From Rhodobacteraceae bacterium HLUCCA12 (GTDB taxonomy: Bacteria > Pseudomonadota > Alphaproteobacteria > Rhodobacterales > Rhodobacteraceae): a stretch of 64,000 nt of DNA. The stretch lies in assembly GCA_001314715.1 (NCBI GenBank), contig LJSV01000012.1, positions 1,760 to 65,759 on the forward strand. The letters are read 5' to 3'. Both the position numbers and the translations under genes were made by a program. The notes below the pieces were generated by a model. It was not told the DNA's origin. It saw nothing but the letters and a program-made list of their open reading frames with translations, and made no database searches. Shown piece by piece: positions 18,601 through 29,439 of this stretch. Within the stretch, counting starts at the first letter, position 1; the number at the start of each line of letters is the position of its first letter.

Positions 18601-19546
18601 CGTCCGGCCACGGCTTCTTGAAACTGTGGTGTCGGGCGATGTCCGGCTGATGGGCGATCTGGCGACCGGCCCGCGCCTGTCGGGCACCGTGCAGGTCGAT
18701 GAGGCCGAGATCCGGATCCCAAATTCGCCGCTGGGGCGTTCCGGCCATGTGCCGGTGGGTTTGCGCCATGTCGGCGAGAGTGGCGCCACCCGCCGCACCC
18801 GTGAAAACGCCGGTGTCCTGGACGAGCAGGCCAATGGGCGGCGGCGCGTGCCGATCTATCTGGATCTCGAACTTGATGCGCCGGGGCGCGTTTTCGTGCG
18901 CGGCCGCGGGCTGGATGCGGAACTTGGTGGCACTCTGCGGCTGGGCGGTTCGACGGCGGATGTCATTCCGTCGGGCAGTTTCGGGCTGATCCGCGGGCGG
19001 CTGGATCTTCTGGGCAACCGTTTCAGCCTGACCGATGGCTCGGCCAGCATGACCGGCAGCTTCATGCCCTATGTGAGGCTTGTCGCCACGACCGACAGCG
19101 ACGGCGTGACGACCAGCATCATCCTTGAGGGCGAGGCGCTGGAGCCCGATATAAGCTTTACATCCGTTCCCGAACTGCCCGAGGACGAAGTCCTTGCGCG
19201 ACTGATCTTCCGCCGCGCACTGTCGTCGCTGTCGCCGTTCCAGGCGGCACAGCTTGCGATGTCGGTCGCCACGCTGACCGGCCATTCTGAAGGGTCGTTT
19301 CTGACCCGCACACGCGAAACCCTGGGCCTGGACGATCTGGATGTGACCACCGACGAGGACGGCAATACCGCGCTGCGTGCCGGGCGCTACCTGTCCGAGA
19401 ACCTCTATACCGATCTCAGCGTTGACAGTGCCGGACGCGGCGAAGTCTCGATCAACCTGGATCTGACGCCTTCGGTCACGCTGCGCGGCCGCACCGATAC
19501 CGAAGGGCGCGCCGGTGTCGGGGTCTTCTATGAGCGCGATTACTGA
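15602..19546 (+). CDS. tamB: TamB translocation/assembly protein
   Basis: N-terminal anchor, long beta-rich repeats, C-terminal VRGRGLDAELGG...GRYLSENLY...GVFYERDY; follows tamA. Confidence 0.9.
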   Translation: MSQHLRISGIRAFRSPWMRGFVPLAAALLLIFALMVPPALSQQADDAQDDVGLLAGLLQSYLSDAGREVSIRGFQGALSSRATIRRLSIADDEGTWLILRDIVLDWNRAALFDRRVAVNELSAGRIELLRLPSTGDDDGLPSPTARAEFNLPELPVSVNIGELRADEVVIDESVTGQRAALTLEGAMQLSDGEGTASFEARRTDGQEGTFRFSGVFDNTSRNLSLDLVLSEGPEGIAASLLNIPDRPALALMVAGEGPIDDFEAEIGLSSDGQERVSGTVQLTDATPQSDLPDGLHFIADIAGDLRPLMAEEMHPFFGSESRLRAQGARADDGAISLYELTFNTRTARLVGRADFGSDGLPRVVDLIADVAREDGEPVALPGGDGEITLDEAALDIAYDASQSRDWLITAGIDGLNTVQGAVERLDLDARGRLAPPGTDDEPGPLFEGVFDFAALGIDAADPAMQQAIGDSVSGFMSMEWPGMGEPAQITGLGVEGDTAALSAYGTLDGTTFDGFIEAEAPDLSDFSGLAGRSLAGHALFSSTGQANLLTGALDLELGLRTTDLSVDQREFDNLVAGEASIRADVIRDQLGTILRDFSLSAGALELRAAGQHLPGDIHVYTSAEIADLGALGPGYGGAMSLDTRLQSDEERQSIRLDATAQDLALGDLPGAEAVSALFQGRTEIMAEADMDGDRITVRDARIDGPQIAFAVQGLWSDAETDMSARLSRLDIDGVLPGASGRLAGQAAVTGDDTARRIDLDLASDGRLRTGMSEIDGLIGDRLALDLAVILGADNAVAIEAAELRTQALTASANGRQGADGAADFELTGAVDSLGRAVPGLDGEARLQASLARAAGEESYATRFSFSGPSGLTMNGNGRVRDDFSDLDLDLDGEVDAAIANPLIRPFTVQGAVRLDARVDGPPAIGSLRGQAVVSGGRFVAPDDNVAFGNIEGSAELMGQWAQVELTGEAETGGRASISGGVGLNGRRDVDLGLSAERLRIVRPRLLETVVSGDVRLMGDLATGPRLSGTVQVDEAEIRIPNSPLGRSGHVPVGLRHVGESGATRRTRENAGVLDEQANGRRRVPIYLDLELDAPGRVFVRGRGLDAELGGTLRLGGSTADVIPSGSFGLIRGRLDLLGNRFSLTDGSASMTGSFMPYVRLVATTDSDGVTTSIILEGEALEPDISFTSVPELPEDEVLARLIFRRALSSLSPFQAAQLAMSVATLTGHSEGSFLTRTRETLGLDDLDVTTDEDGNTALRAGRYLSENLYTDLSVDSAGRGEVSINLDLTPSVTLRGRTDTEGRAGVGVFYERDY

Positions 19547-19664
19547 ATTCTCGATGCCGCATTGCCCGCCTCTGGCTTTGCCTTTGGCAGGTTCTGGTCT
19601 ATAGGGCAGGAAACCGCGCACCGGCCGGATCGGGCCGGGCGCGCGCCAAACCGGGAATGCGCCG

Positions 19665-20363
19665 ATGTCTGCCGATATGCTGTCCACCGTCATAAAGCCC
19701 GTTCACCGCGAAGGGTATCCGTTCATCGCGATATTTGCTGCGGTCACGCTGGTACTGTTCCTGATCTGGGAGCCGCTGGGCTGGATCGGCGTCGTCTTGA
19801 CGATCTGGTGCTATTACTTCTTCCGCGACCCCGAGCGCGTCACCCCGCAGCGTGACGGATTGCTGGTCAGCCCGGCGGATGGCGTGGTCTCGCTGATCGA
19901 GCCTGCCGCGCCGCCGGAAGAGCTGGGTCTGGGGCCGACCCCGATGACCCGCGTTTCGGTGTTCATGAACGTCTTCAACTGCCATGTGAACCGCATTCCG
20001 GTTTCCGCTACGGTCGCGGCGGTGTCCTATCGGCCCGGAAAATTCTTCAATGCCTCGCTCGACAAGGCCAGCACCGATAACGAGCGGAATGCGCTGGCGC
20101 TCCAACTTGCCGACGGGCGCAAGATCGCCGTGGTCCAGATCGCCGGTCTGGTGGCACGCCGCATCGTTTGCGACGTGGCGCCGGGAACGGCGCTGGAAAC
20201 CGGCGAACGGTTCGGCATGATCCGGTTCGGATCGCGCGTCGATGTCTATCTGCCCGATGGGGTGCACCCGCTGGTGGCCCTGGGACAAACCATGGTTGCC
20301 GGCGAAACCGTGATAGCCGATCTGGCCGGCGATGAAGGGCCGCGCCCCGGCGAGGTGCGCTGA
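19665..20363 (+). CDS. psd: Phosphatidylserine decarboxylase proenzyme
   Basis: [31 protein letters not shown] self-cleavage motif. Confidence 0.93.
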   Translation: MSADMLSTVIKPVHREGYPFIAIFAAVTLVLFLIWEPLGWIGVVLTIWCYYFFRDPERVTPQRDGLLVSPADGVVSLIEPAAPPEELGLGPTPMTRVSVFMNVFNCHVNRIPVSATVAAVSYRPGKFFNASLDKASTDNERNALALQLADGRKIAVVQIAGLVARRIVCDVAPGTALETGERFGMIRFGSRVDVYLPDGVHPLVALGQTMVAGETVIADLAGDEGPRPGEVR

Positions 20364-21128
20364 ATGGACCCATGCGACGACCCCGACGACACCCTGTCCG
20401 ACGAAAGCCCGGATCGTCGTTCCCTGCCCTTGCTGCACATGTTGCCCAATCTGATTACCCTGCTTGGGTTGTGCGCGGGGCTGACCTCGATCCGGTACGG
20501 ACTGGATCAAAGCTATGAGATCGCCGCCGCGCTGATCATACTTGCCGCCGTGCTTGACGGCATGGATGGCCTGATCGCGCGCAAGCTCAATGCCGCAAGC
20601 CGATTCGGCGCCGAACTCGATTCGCTGTCCGATTTCGTCTGCTTCGGTGTTGCCCCGGCAATCCTTGTCTACCATTTCGCCTTGCAGGACTTTGCCGGGT
20701 TCGGCTGGTTGCTGATGCTGGTCTATATCCTCGGCGCATGTCTGCGGCTGGCGCGCTTCAACGTGAACCGCGACACCCCGCCACCAGGGCGCGCGCATTT
20801 CGTCGGCGTTCCAGCGCCGGCCGGGGCGATGCTGGGATTGTTGCCGATCTATCTGTTTCTTGCCGGATTGTGGGATCCGCGCGGGATGCCGCTGGTCGTG
20901 GCGCTCTACATGGGTTTCGTGGGGCTTCTGATGGTCTCGCGCCTGCCCACCATTTCGCCCAAGGGTTTGCGGGTGCCGCGCAAGCGTGCGCTTTGGGTCT
21001 TGCTGGGCGTCGCGGTTTTTGCCGGTATCGCGGTGGCCCGGCCCTGGTTGATGACGGTTCTGGCCGACCTGGCGTATCTGGTATTGCTGGCGCAGGGGGC
21101 ATGGGTTCAGCGCCGCCGCCTGACCTGA
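20364..21128 (+). CDS. pssA: CDP-diacylglycerol--serine O-phosphatidyltransferase
   Basis: DGMDGLIAR...FGAELDSLSD CDP-alcohol motif, RLARFN; coupled to psd. Confidence 0.9.
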   Translation: MDPCDDPDDTLSDESPDRRSLPLLHMLPNLITLLGLCAGLTSIRYGLDQSYEIAAALIILAAVLDGMDGLIARKLNAASRFGAELDSLSDFVCFGVAPAILVYHFALQDFAGFGWLLMLVYILGACLRLARFNVNRDTPPPGRAHFVGVPAPAGAMLGLLPIYLFLAGLWDPRGMPLVVALYMGFVGLLMVSRLPTISPKGLRVPRKRALWVLLGVAVFAGIAVARPWLMTVLADLAYLVLLAQGAWVQRRRLT

Positions 21129-21150
21129 TCCATTCTGCCACGGAATCCGC

Positions 21151-21179
21151 TTGACGCCGGGCCCGGCCGTGGCTATCTG
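21151..21179 (+). promoter_or_regulatory. sigma70 promoter for tRNA-Asp copy 1
   Basis: TTGACG-N17-TATCTG. Confidence 0.65.
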
Positions 21180-21190
21180 ACCCGCAGCGC

Positions 21191-21267
21191 GCGGTTGTAG
21201 CTCAGTCGGTTAGAGTACCGGCCTGTCACGCCGGGGGTCGCGGGTTCGAGCCCCGTCAACCGCGCCA
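21191..21267 (+). tRNA. tRNA-Asp(GTC) copy 1
   Basis: 77-nt cloverleaf, loop CT-GTC-AC, encoded CCA. Confidence 0.97.
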
Positions 21268-21395
21268 GTCCGTCCCAAGCCCTTTGCCAGCAAGCCCTCT
21301 GCCAGGTGCGGGCGTTGTCATGTCTCGCCCCTGCGATTGCCGGGAACATGCTGCTGGGGCACCCGTCGACAACCTGCCTTTCGCACGTTTCGGGA

Positions 21396-21424
21396 TTGAC
21401 GGGCGCAATGCGATGGCCTATCTC
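21396..21424 (+). promoter_or_regulatory. sigma70 promoter for tRNA-Asp copy 2
   Basis: TTGACG-N17-TATCTC. Confidence 0.65.
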
Positions 21425-21435
21425 GCCCTCCACGC

Positions 21436-21512
21436 GCGGTTGTAGCTCAGTCGGTTAGAGTACCGGCCTGTCACGCCGGGGGTCGCGGGTTCGAGCCCCG
21501 TCAACCGCGCCA
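21436..21512 (+). tRNA. tRNA-Asp(GTC) copy 2
   Basis: Identical to copy 1. Confidence 0.97.
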
Positions 21513-21634
21513 TTCTCTCCCTTCTGAATTCTCGTCTCGGCCGCATGGCCATAAAACCATGACGGATGCGCGCGCCCTTTCGCATGGCGGGGCCGTCGGC
21601 TAGGGTCGCGCGGCTTGAGTCGCAGGAGGGTTCG

Positions 21635-23038
21635 ATGATCGCCGTTCAGGGAGTGCAGGGCGCGCGTGTCGGTGTTCTGGGGCTTGGCCGCTCGGGGCGT
21701 GCCACCTGTGCCGCGCTGGCTGCCGGCGGGGCCGAAGTCTGCGCCTGGGATGACAGCCAGGAGGCCCGCGCGGCGGCGCAGGACACGGCGATCCCCCTGG
21801 TCGACCTGACTCGCGGCGCCGCGCTTGAGCGCCTGTCTGCCCTGATCGTCTCGCCCGGCATCGCGCATCTCTATCCCGCGCCGCATCCGGTGATCGATGC
21901 GGCGATGGCGCTGGGCATCCCGATCGATAACGACATCGGCCTGTTCTTTCGCTCGCTCGGGCGCGCGGGTTGGGAGATGCTGGACAATCCGCCCCGCGTG
22001 ATTGCCGTCACCGGCTCCAACGGCAAATCCACCACCACCGCGCTGATCGCGCATATCCTGCGCACAACCGGGCGGCCGGTCCAGATGGCGGGCAATATCG
22101 GCACCGGCGTGCTGTCGATCGAGCCGCCGGGCGACGGTGCGGTGGTCGTGCTGGAACTCTCCAGCTACCAGATCGAGCTTGCCCGCGCACTGACGCCCGA
22201 CATCGCGGTGTTCACCAATCTCTCGCCCGATCATCTGGATCGTCATGGCGGGCCGGGCGGGTATTTCGCCGCCAAGCGGCGCCTGTTCGCCGAGGGCGGA
22301 CCGGATCGCGCGATCATCGGTGTCGACGAAGCCGAAGGGCGGTTTCTTGCCATGCAGATGGGCGAGGGACCGGGCGACAATCGCGTGATCCGCGTGTCCT
22401 CCGGGCAGAAGCTGGCCGGGGCGGGCTGGTCGGTCTTTGCCCGCAAGGGGTTTCTGGCCGAATGGCGCGGCGGGCGGCAGGTTGCGGCGATCGACCTGCG
22501 TGAGATGCCGGGTCTGCCCGGTGCCCATAATCACCAGAACGCCTGCGCCGCCTATGCCGCCTGCCGCGCCCTTGGGCTCGGGCCGCGCCAGATCGAGCCG
22601 GCCCTGGCATCCTTCGCGGGACTGCCCCATCGCAGCCAGCTTGTGGCCGAGATCGCGGGCGTCCGCTATGTCAACGACTCCAAGGCGACGAATGTGGACA
22701 GCGCGGCAAAGGCCTTGCAGGCCTTCGACCGGATCCACTGGATCGCGGGCGGGCTGGGCAAGGAGGGCGGCATCGCCGCGCTGGGGCCGCATCTGGGCTC
22801 GGTTGTCAGGGCCTATCTGATCGGCCACTCCGCGCGCGATTTCGCGCTGCAACTGGGGGCCGTCCCGCATGAGATCTGCGAAACCATGCACGCCGCCGTC
22901 GCCCGCGCCCATGCCCAGGCCCGGCCCGGTGATGTCGTCCTGCTCGCCCCGGCCGCGGCCAGTTTCGACCAGTATCCCGATTTCGAGAAACGCGGCGAGG
23001 ATTTCATGCGGGCAGTGAACGCGCTGGTGGCGCGATGA
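21635..23038 (+). CDS. murD: UDP-MurNAc-L-Ala--D-Glu ligase
   Basis: [41 protein letters not shown]; AGGAGG RBS before ATG 21635. Confidence 0.95.
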   Translation: MIAVQGVQGARVGVLGLGRSGRATCAALAAGGAEVCAWDDSQEARAAAQDTAIPLVDLTRGAALERLSALIVSPGIAHLYPAPHPVIDAAMALGIPIDNDIGLFFRSLGRAGWEMLDNPPRVIAVTGSNGKSTTTALIAHILRTTGRPVQMAGNIGTGVLSIEPPGDGAVVVLELSSYQIELARALTPDIAVFTNLSPDHLDRHGGPGGYFAAKRRLFAEGGPDRAIIGVDEAEGRFLAMQMGEGPGDNRVIRVSSGQKLAGAGWSVFARKGFLAEWRGGRQVAAIDLREMPGLPGAHNHQNACAAYAACRALGLGPRQIEPALASFAGLPHRSQLVAEIAGVRYVNDSKATNVDSAAKALQAFDRIHWIAGGLGKEGGIAALGPHLGSVVRAYLIGHSARDFALQLGAVPHEICETMHAAVARAHAQARPGDVVLLAPAAASFDQYPDFEKRGEDFMRAVNALVAR

Positions 23039-23934
23039 GCGTGCAATCAACGGCGGCCAGCGCCGGCGACACGCCGCGCGGTTTCGCCTTCGCGCTTGTG
23101 GCTTACCTTCTGTGGGGCGGCATGCCGCTCTATCTCAAGGCGCTCGATCACGTCCCGGCCGTCGAGGTGCTGGCCCACCGTATCATCTGGTCGGTTCCGA
23201 TCGCGCTGGCCGTGCTGTTGGCGCTTGGGCGCACGCGCGATCTGCGCGCGGCCTTTGCCTCGCCGCGCACGCTCTTCATGGGGGCGGTGACCGCGGCGCT
23301 GGTGTCGCTGAACTGGGGCATCTATGTCTGGTCGATCCAGTCGGGCCAGGCGCTCGAAGCGGCGCTGGGCTATTATATCAACCCGTTGTTCAGCATCTTC
23401 CTGGGCGCCGTTCTTCTGGGCGAACGCCTCACGAGACGGCAATGGGCTGCCGTCGCGCTCGCGGCCGGGGCGGTCAGCATCCTGACCTGGGAAACGGGGC
23501 GCGTCCCGGTGGTGGCGCTGGCGCTGCCGCTCAGTTGGGGCTTTTACGCGTTCTTCAAGCGCACCCTGCCGATCGGGCCAAACCAGGGCTTCACGCTCGA
23601 GGTCATGATCCTGACCCCGTTTGCGCTCGCCTATCTGGCCTGGCTCCATGGCCAGGAGGCGCTGTTCTTCGCGCAGGCCGGCAGCCTGGACATGGCCTTG
23701 CTGGTCGGCTGCGGGGTGGTGACGGCCGTGCCGCTGATGATCTATGCCAACGGGGCCAAGCTCTTGCGCCTGTCGACCATCGCCATCATGCAGTATCTGA
23801 CGCCCACGCTGATCTTTCTGATCGCGGTATTCCTGTTCGACGAGCCCTTCGGCCAGGCCCGCGCCATCGCCTTCCCGATGATCTGGCTCGCGCTTGTCCT
23901 CTATTCCTCCGAAGTGCTGCGCCGCCGGCGCTGA
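23035..23934 (+). CDS. rarD: EamA-family transporter RarD
   Basis: [24 protein letters not shown]; about 10 TM segments. Confidence 0.9.
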   Translation: MSVQSTAASAGDTPRGFAFALVAYLLWGGMPLYLKALDHVPAVEVLAHRIIWSVPIALAVLLALGRTRDLRAAFASPRTLFMGAVTAALVSLNWGIYVWSIQSGQALEAALGYYINPLFSIFLGAVLLGERLTRRQWAAVALAAGAVSILTWETGRVPVVALALPLSWGFYAFFKRTLPIGPNQGFTLEVMILTPFALAYLAWLHGQEALFFAQAGSLDMALLVGCGVVTAVPLMIYANGAKLLRLSTIAIMQYLTPTLIFLIAVFLFDEPFGQARAIAFPMIWLALVLYSSEVLRRRR

Positions 23935-23951
23935 TCTGCCGTCACGATGGC

Positions 23952-24017
23952 TTCATCTTGCCCGCAATACGCTGGGGGTGAATGGGCGCGCAGCGCCCAG
24001 AGGGGGCAACGCCCCCT
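23952..24017 (-). repeat. REP-like intergenic repeat, copy 2 (reverse)
   Basis: AGGGGGC-GTT-GCCCCCT C TGGGCGC-TGC-GCGCCCA TTCACCCCCAGCGTATTGCGGGCAAGATGAA. Confidence 0.85.
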
Positions 24018-24251
24018 GAAGCCGCGCGCGCAGCGCGCGGCCCGGCCCAACGGGAGGAACGCGCGGGCGCAAGCCCGCGCGTGACGACGGGCGGGAGCGC
24101 CCCTGTCCCCCGAAAAACACGGCGTGTCGCATTCCGGGCATCACCAGCCGATCGCGCGGTTTCAAACTGCTGGCCTTGCGCCGGGTTTGCCGCTATCGTG
24201 CGGACAGACCCGGAAAACGGGCGCATGTGAGGCAAGAAAGGCAGTTTTGCC

Positions 24252-25418
24252 ATGACAGAGATGGTGCATGGGGCCATGCCCGCCCATCTGGGCGAGCCGG
24301 TGCTGTCGCGCTGGTGGCGCACGGTTGACCGCTGGACGATTTCCAGCGTGCTTTTGTTGTTCGGTATGGGAATTCTTCTTGCGCTGGCGTCCTCGCCGCC
24401 GCTGGCCACGCGCAACGATCTTCCGCCGTTCTACTATTTCGAACGACAGGTCTTTTTCGGCTCGGTGGCGCTGGCGGCGATGTTTGTGGTGTCGATGATG
24501 TCGCCCGCCACCGTGCGCCGCTGGTCGGTTCTGGGGTTCGTCGCCTGTTTCGCGGCGCTTTTGATGTTGCCTTTCATCGGCACCGATTTCGGCAAGGGCG
24601 CGGTGCGCTGGATCAGTCTGGGATTTGCCAGTGTCCAGCCGTCGGAGTTCATGAAACCTTGCCTGGCGGTCTTCGCGGCCTGGATGCTGGCCGCAGGCCA
24701 AGAGCTGAACGGCCCGCCGGGACGGATCCTGTCGTTCGGGGTCACGCTCGCGGTGGTGTTTCTTCTCGTGCTCCAGCCCGATTTCGGCCAGGCCTCGCTG
24801 ATCCTTTTCGGCTGGGGGGTGATGTATTTCGTCTCGGGCGCACCGATGGCGATCATTCTGGCGCTGGCGGCAAGCGTGGTGCTGGGCGGCTTTTTCGCCT
24901 ACAACAATTCCGAGCATTTCGCCCGGCGCATCGACGGTTTCCTGAACCCCGAAATCGACGCGCGTTCGCAGCTTGGCTATGCGACTTCGGCGATTCAGGA
25001 GGGCGGTCTTTTCGGCATGGGCGTGGGCGAGGGCCAGGTCAAATGGCAACTGCCCGATGCCCATACCGATTTCATCATCGCCGTCGCGGCCGAGGAATAC
25101 GGCTTTGTCCTGGTGGCCTTCATCATCGCCCTTTACGCCACCATCTGCCTGCGCGCCCTGAGCCGCTTGTCGCGCGAGCGCGATCCTTTCATCCGCCTGG
25201 CGGGCACCGGGCTGGTGGCGACATTCTCGGTCCAGGCGATGATCAACATGGGGGTTGCCGTGCGGCTTTTGCCGGCCAAGGGCATGACCTTGCCCTTCGT
25301 CAGCTATGGCGGGTCGTCGCTGGTGGCGATGGGGGTGATGATGGGCATGCTGCTGGCCTTGACGCGCAGCCGCCCGCAAGGTGAGATTGGCGATATTCTT
25401 CTGACTCGAGGGCGCTGA
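24252..25418 (+). CDS. ftsW: SEDS peptidoglycan polymerase FtsW
   Basis: GAVRWI, QPSEFMKP, QPDFGQ, LPDAHTDFI, PFVSYGGSS. Confidence 0.95.
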   Translation: MTEMVHGAMPAHLGEPVLSRWWRTVDRWTISSVLLLFGMGILLALASSPPLATRNDLPPFYYFERQVFFGSVALAAMFVVSMMSPATVRRWSVLGFVACFAALLMLPFIGTDFGKGAVRWISLGFASVQPSEFMKPCLAVFAAWMLAAGQELNGPPGRILSFGVTLAVVFLLVLQPDFGQASLILFGWGVMYFVSGAPMAIILALAASVVLGGFFAYNNSEHFARRIDGFLNPEIDARSQLGYATSAIQEGGLFGMGVGEGQVKWQLPDAHTDFIIAVAAEEYGFVLVAFIIALYATICLRALSRLSRERDPFIRLAGTGLVATFSVQAMINMGVAVRLLPAKGMTLPFVSYGGSSLVAMGVMMGMLLALTRSRPQGEIGDILLTRGR

Positions 25419-26540
25419 ATGGGCACGACGCGGGCAAAGACGCCGCCGCTGGCCGTGATCGCCGCAGGCGGCACGGGCGGACATATGTTCCCGGCGCAGG
25501 CACTGGCCGAGGTGCTCTTGGCGCGCGGCTGGCGCGTGGTCCTGTCAACCGATACGCGCGGCGCGGCCTATGCCGGCGGGTTTCCCGACCAGGTTGTGCG
25601 CCGGGTGGTTTCCTCGGCGACCTTCGCGCGCGGGGGGGCGCTGTCCAGACTTGCGGTGCCGTTTCGCATCCTTGGCGGGGTCTTGCGCGCGGTCACCGCG
25701 ATGGTGGCCGAACGCCCGGCGCTGGTGGCGGGGTTTGGCGGCTACCCGTCGATCCCGGCCCTGTCGGCGGCCTGGCTGTTGCGGGTGCCACGGCTGATCC
25801 ATGAACAGAACGCCGTGCCCGGCAAGGTCAACGAGGTCTTCGCCCGCCGCGTCGGGGCGGTTGCCTGCGGCATATGGCCGACCCGATTGCCGGCCGGGGT
25901 CAATGGCGTTCACACCGGCAACCCGGTTCGCACTTCGGTCCGTGACAAGGCGGGTGCGCCCTATATCCCGCCCGGCGATTACCCGATGAGCCTTGTCATC
26001 CTGGGTGGCAGCCAGGGCGCGCGGATCCTGTCGGACGTTGTGCCCGGTGCGCTTGCGGGGCTGCCCGATGCGTTGCGGCACCATCTGCGCGTGGCCCATC
26101 AGGCCCGCCCCGAGGATGTCGCGCGTGTCGCCGCCGCCTATGAGGCCGCTGGCATTCCGGCCGAGGTGTCGCCGTTTTTCGGCGACGTGCCGCGCCGATT
26201 GTCCGAGGCGCAGCTGGTGATCGCGCGTGCGGGCGCATCCACCATTGCCGATGTGACGACGATCGGGCGCCCCGCGATCCTGGTGCCCCTGGCGATCGCG
26301 GCGCGCGATCACCAGAATGCCAATGCCCGCGGACTGGTCGAGGCGCAGGCCGCCGTCCTGATCCCCGAAAGCCGGTTCGAGGCCGATGCCCTGGCCGAGC
26401 AGGTCGCGGCAATCCTGACCAATCCCGAAGGCGCGGCGCGAATGGCGCAGGCGGCACTGGCATCGGGTGTCCCCGATGCGGCAGAGCGTCTTGCGGATCT
26501 GGCTGAAAAACTGGCATTCCCCCTGCGCGACCACGATTGA
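25419..26540 (+). CDS. murG: Lipid II GlcNAc transferase
   Basis: [37 protein letters not shown]. Confidence 0.96.
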   Translation: MGTTRAKTPPLAVIAAGGTGGHMFPAQALAEVLLARGWRVVLSTDTRGAAYAGGFPDQVVRRVVSSATFARGGALSRLAVPFRILGGVLRAVTAMVAERPALVAGFGGYPSIPALSAAWLLRVPRLIHEQNAVPGKVNEVFARRVGAVACGIWPTRLPAGVNGVHTGNPVRTSVRDKAGAPYIPPGDYPMSLVILGGSQGARILSDVVPGALAGLPDALRHHLRVAHQARPEDVARVAAAYEAAGIPAEVSPFFGDVPRRLSEAQLVIARAGASTIADVTTIGRPAILVPLAIAARDHQNANARGLVEAQAAVLIPESRFEADALAEQVAAILTNPEGAARMAQAALASGVPDAAERLADLAEKLAFPLRDHD

Positions 26541-26555
26541 GAAAGAAAGCACGCG

Positions 26556-27959
26556 ATGCCTGCGACCCGCACCAAGCTTCCGGTCGATCTTGGCCCCATC
26601 CATTTCGCCGGCATCGGTGGCATCGGCATGTCCGGTATCGCCGAGATGCTTTTGCACGAAGGCTTTGCGGTTCAGGGCTCGGATCTGAAAGCCAGTGCGA
26701 TCACCGAGCGGCTGGAGCGCCTGGGCGCGCAGATCTTCATCGGCCAGAGAGCCGAGAATATCGCCGGCGCCGGGGTGGTGGTCGCCTCGACCGCGATCCG
26801 GCCGGACAATCCGGAACTGGTCGCCGCGCGCGCCGCCGCCCTGCCGGTCGTTCGCCGCGCCGAGATGCTGGCCGAGTTGATGCGCCTGCGATCCACCGTT
26901 TCGGTCGCGGGGACGCATGGCAAGACCACCACCACGACAATGGTCGCCGCGCTGCTGGATGCGGGCGGGCTGGACCCGGCGGTCATCAACGGCGGGATCA
27001 TTCACGCCTATGGCTCGAACGCGCGCCCTGGCGCGGGGGACTGGATGGTGGTCGAGGCCGACGAAAGCGACGGATCGTTCAACCTGTTGCCCACCACCGT
27101 TGCCATCGTCACCAACATCGACCCCGAGCATATGGACCATTGGGGCACGATCGACGCCCTGCGCGCGGGTTTCGATGCCTTTGTGGGGCGTATCCCGTTC
27201 TATGGACTGGCCGTGTGCTGCATCGACCATTCCGAGGTCCGTGCCATGGTTGGACGGATGCACGACCGGCCGGTCGTGACCTATGGCTTTGCCGAGGATG
27301 CCGATCTGCGTGCGGTCGGGCTGCATTATGCCGGCGGGCAGGCCCGGTTCGACATCGAAATCGCCTCTGGCGATGCAATCCGCGACTGCGTCCTGCCGAT
27401 GCCGGGCGATCACAATGTGTCGAACGCCTTGGCGGCGGTGGCCGTCGCGCGCCATCTGGGTCTGGACGCCGATGCCATCCGCGCCGGGCTGCGCGGGTTT
27501 CAGGGGGTGGGCCGGCGGTTCACCCGTGTCGGTGAGGCCAATGGCGTGAGCATCATCGACGATTATGGTCATCACCCGGTCGAAATCGCCGCCGTCCTCA
27601 AGGCTGCGCGCCAGGCCCTGGGCGGGCAGGGGCGTGTCATCGCCGTCCATCAGCCGCATCGTTTCTCCCGGCTGCATGCGCTGTTTTCCGATTTCTGTGC
27701 CTGTTTCGATCAGGCCGATGTGGTCGGGATCGCGGATGTCTATGGCGCGGGCGAGGCACCCATCGCCGGGGCCAGCCGCGACGATCTGGTGGCAGGACTG
27801 CGTGCGCATGGCCATTCGTCGGCCCATCCGATCGCGAACGAGGACGCACTGGAGCAGCTGGTGCGCCGCCATGCGCGCGCGGGCGACATGGTCGTCTGTT
27901 TGGGCGCGGGCACGATTTCGGCCTGGGCGCAGGGGCTGCCCGCGCGTCTGAAGGGGTAG
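26556..27959 (+). CDS. murC: UDP-MurNAc--L-Ala ligase
   Basis: [31 protein letters not shown]. Confidence 0.96.
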   Translation: MPATRTKLPVDLGPIHFAGIGGIGMSGIAEMLLHEGFAVQGSDLKASAITERLERLGAQIFIGQRAENIAGAGVVVASTAIRPDNPELVAARAAALPVVRRAEMLAELMRLRSTVSVAGTHGKTTTTTMVAALLDAGGLDPAVINGGIIHAYGSNARPGAGDWMVVEADESDGSFNLLPTTVAIVTNIDPEHMDHWGTIDALRAGFDAFVGRIPFYGLAVCCIDHSEVRAMVGRMHDRPVVTYGFAEDADLRAVGLHYAGGQARFDIEIASGDAIRDCVLPMPGDHNVSNALAAVAVARHLGLDADAIRAGLRGFQGVGRRFTRVGEANGVSIIDDYGHHPVEIAAVLKAARQALGGQGRVIAVHQPHRFSRLHALFSDFCACFDQADVVGIADVYGAGEAPIAGASRDDLVAGLRAHGHSSAHPIANEDALEQLVRRHARAGDMVVCLGAGTISAWAQGLPARLKG

Positions 27960-27963
27960 CGCC

Positions 27964-28236
27964 ATGGAACCCGCCATTCTGGGGATCGTCGCCGCATCGG
28001 CGCTGGCCGGGGTCATTCCGGCCTGGCTGCTGGCGCGGTTCGCGCGGGTCTGGATGGGTTGGGCACTGGCCGGCGGATGTGCGCTGTGTGTCGTCGCCCT
28101 GCTGATCGCTGGACGCGGCGCGCAGGGTTGGGACGGTCTGGCCTATGCGATCTTGGCGATATTCTTCGCCGCACCGGCGACTCTGGGCGCTTTGTTGGGC
28201 ACGGCGCTGGGCGGCTGGATGCGGCGCAACGCGTAG
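27964..28236 (+). CDS. Small membrane protein (about 3 TM)
   Basis: Hydrophobic 90-aa ORF, 4 bp after the murC stop. Confidence 0.65.
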   Translation: MEPAILGIVAASALAGVIPAWLLARFARVWMGWALAGGCALCVVALLIAGRGAQGWDGLAYAILAIFFAAPATLGALLGTALGGWMRRNA

Positions 28237-28416
28237 GCTAGCCTGTGCGCGAGGGTCGGGTCGCGCGCCCTGACACAGGCATGCCGGCCCTTGTCGACAA
28301 TGGCTCGGCATGGAACAGGGTTACGGTCGTTGTCTGGGCATCGCGAACGATCGCGTGGATCGGCGGGCGGGATCGGACCAGCGGGAAATGAACGCACAAT
28401 ACGGAAAAGAGGTGGC

Positions 28417-29352
28417 ATGAACGATCCTTCCTCCATTCATATTCGTGGCACGCTGACACCGGATCGACCGCTGGACGGCTTGACCTGGCTGCGCGTCGGC
28501 GGCCCTGCAGACTGGTTGTTCCAGCCCGCCGATCTTGACGATCTGGCCGCGTTCCTTGCCGCGCTGGATCCGGGGGTCGCGGTTTTCCCCATGGGGGTCG
28601 GATCGAACCTGATCGTGCGCGATGGCGGCATTCGCGGGGTCGTGATCCGTCTTGGCCGCGGGTTCAACGCAATCGAGATCGCGGGCGACACAGTGACGGC
28701 CGGTGCTGCCGCGCTGGATGCCCATGTCGCGCGCAAGGCGGCCGAAGCGGGTCTGGACCTGACGTTTCTGCGCACCATTCCTGGCGCGATCGGCGGCGCC
28801 GTCAGGATGAACGCGGGTTGCTATGGCGTCTATGTCGCGGACCGGCTGAAAAGCGTGCGAGTCGTGACCCGCGATGGCGCGATCAGGGATCTTGATGCGG
28901 CGTCGCTCAAGCTGGCCTATCGCCAGTCGCAGCTTCCCAAGGGGTGCGTGATCGTCTCGGCAACCTTCGTTGCGCCACCGGGTGATCCTGACGAACTGGC
29001 CGCGCGGATGCAGGAGCAGCTGGAGCGTCGCGACGCCTCGCAGCCGACGCGCGAACGCACGGCCGGATCGACCTTTCGCAATCCGGCCGGATACAGCTCG
29101 ACGGGCCGGGCCGATGACGATCACAGCCTCAAGGCATGGCGCCTGATCGACGAGGCCGGAATGCGGGGTGCCCGGCTGGGTGGCGCGCAGATGTCCGAGA
29201 TGCACGCAAATTTCCTGATCAACACCGGGTCGGCCACCGCAGCCGATCTTGAGGGGTTGGGCGAAGAGGTGCGAAAAAGGGTGTTGGAAAAAACCGGAAT
29301 CTCGCTAGAATGGGAAGTGGCCCGCGTCGGTGACCCCGCGCGCGCCGATTGA
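28417..29352 (+). CDS. murB: UDP-GlcNAc-enolpyruvate reductase
   Basis: [34 protein letters not shown]. Confidence 0.95.
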   Translation: MNDPSSIHIRGTLTPDRPLDGLTWLRVGGPADWLFQPADLDDLAAFLAALDPGVAVFPMGVGSNLIVRDGGIRGVVIRLGRGFNAIEIAGDTVTAGAAALDAHVARKAAEAGLDLTFLRTIPGAIGGAVRMNAGCYGVYVADRLKSVRVVTRDGAIRDLDAASLKLAYRQSQLPKGCVIVSATFVAPPGDPDELAARMQEQLERRDASQPTRERTAGSTFRNPAGYSSTGRADDDHSLKAWRLIDEAGMRGARLGGAQMSEMHANFLINTGSATAADLEGLGEEVRKRVLEKTGISLEWEVARVGDPARAD

Positions 29353-29439
29353 TCGGGAACACCCGGCAAGACAAGAAGATCAGGGGCAAAAGCCCCGGCA
29401 ATGGCCCCTAACGGGCTGAATGAGGCAAGAGTGGCGGGC

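Noticed and set aside
21268-21435. Island or att scar at tRNA-Asp
   Set aside because: Both copies are complete; no integrase or partial tRNA fragment nearby.
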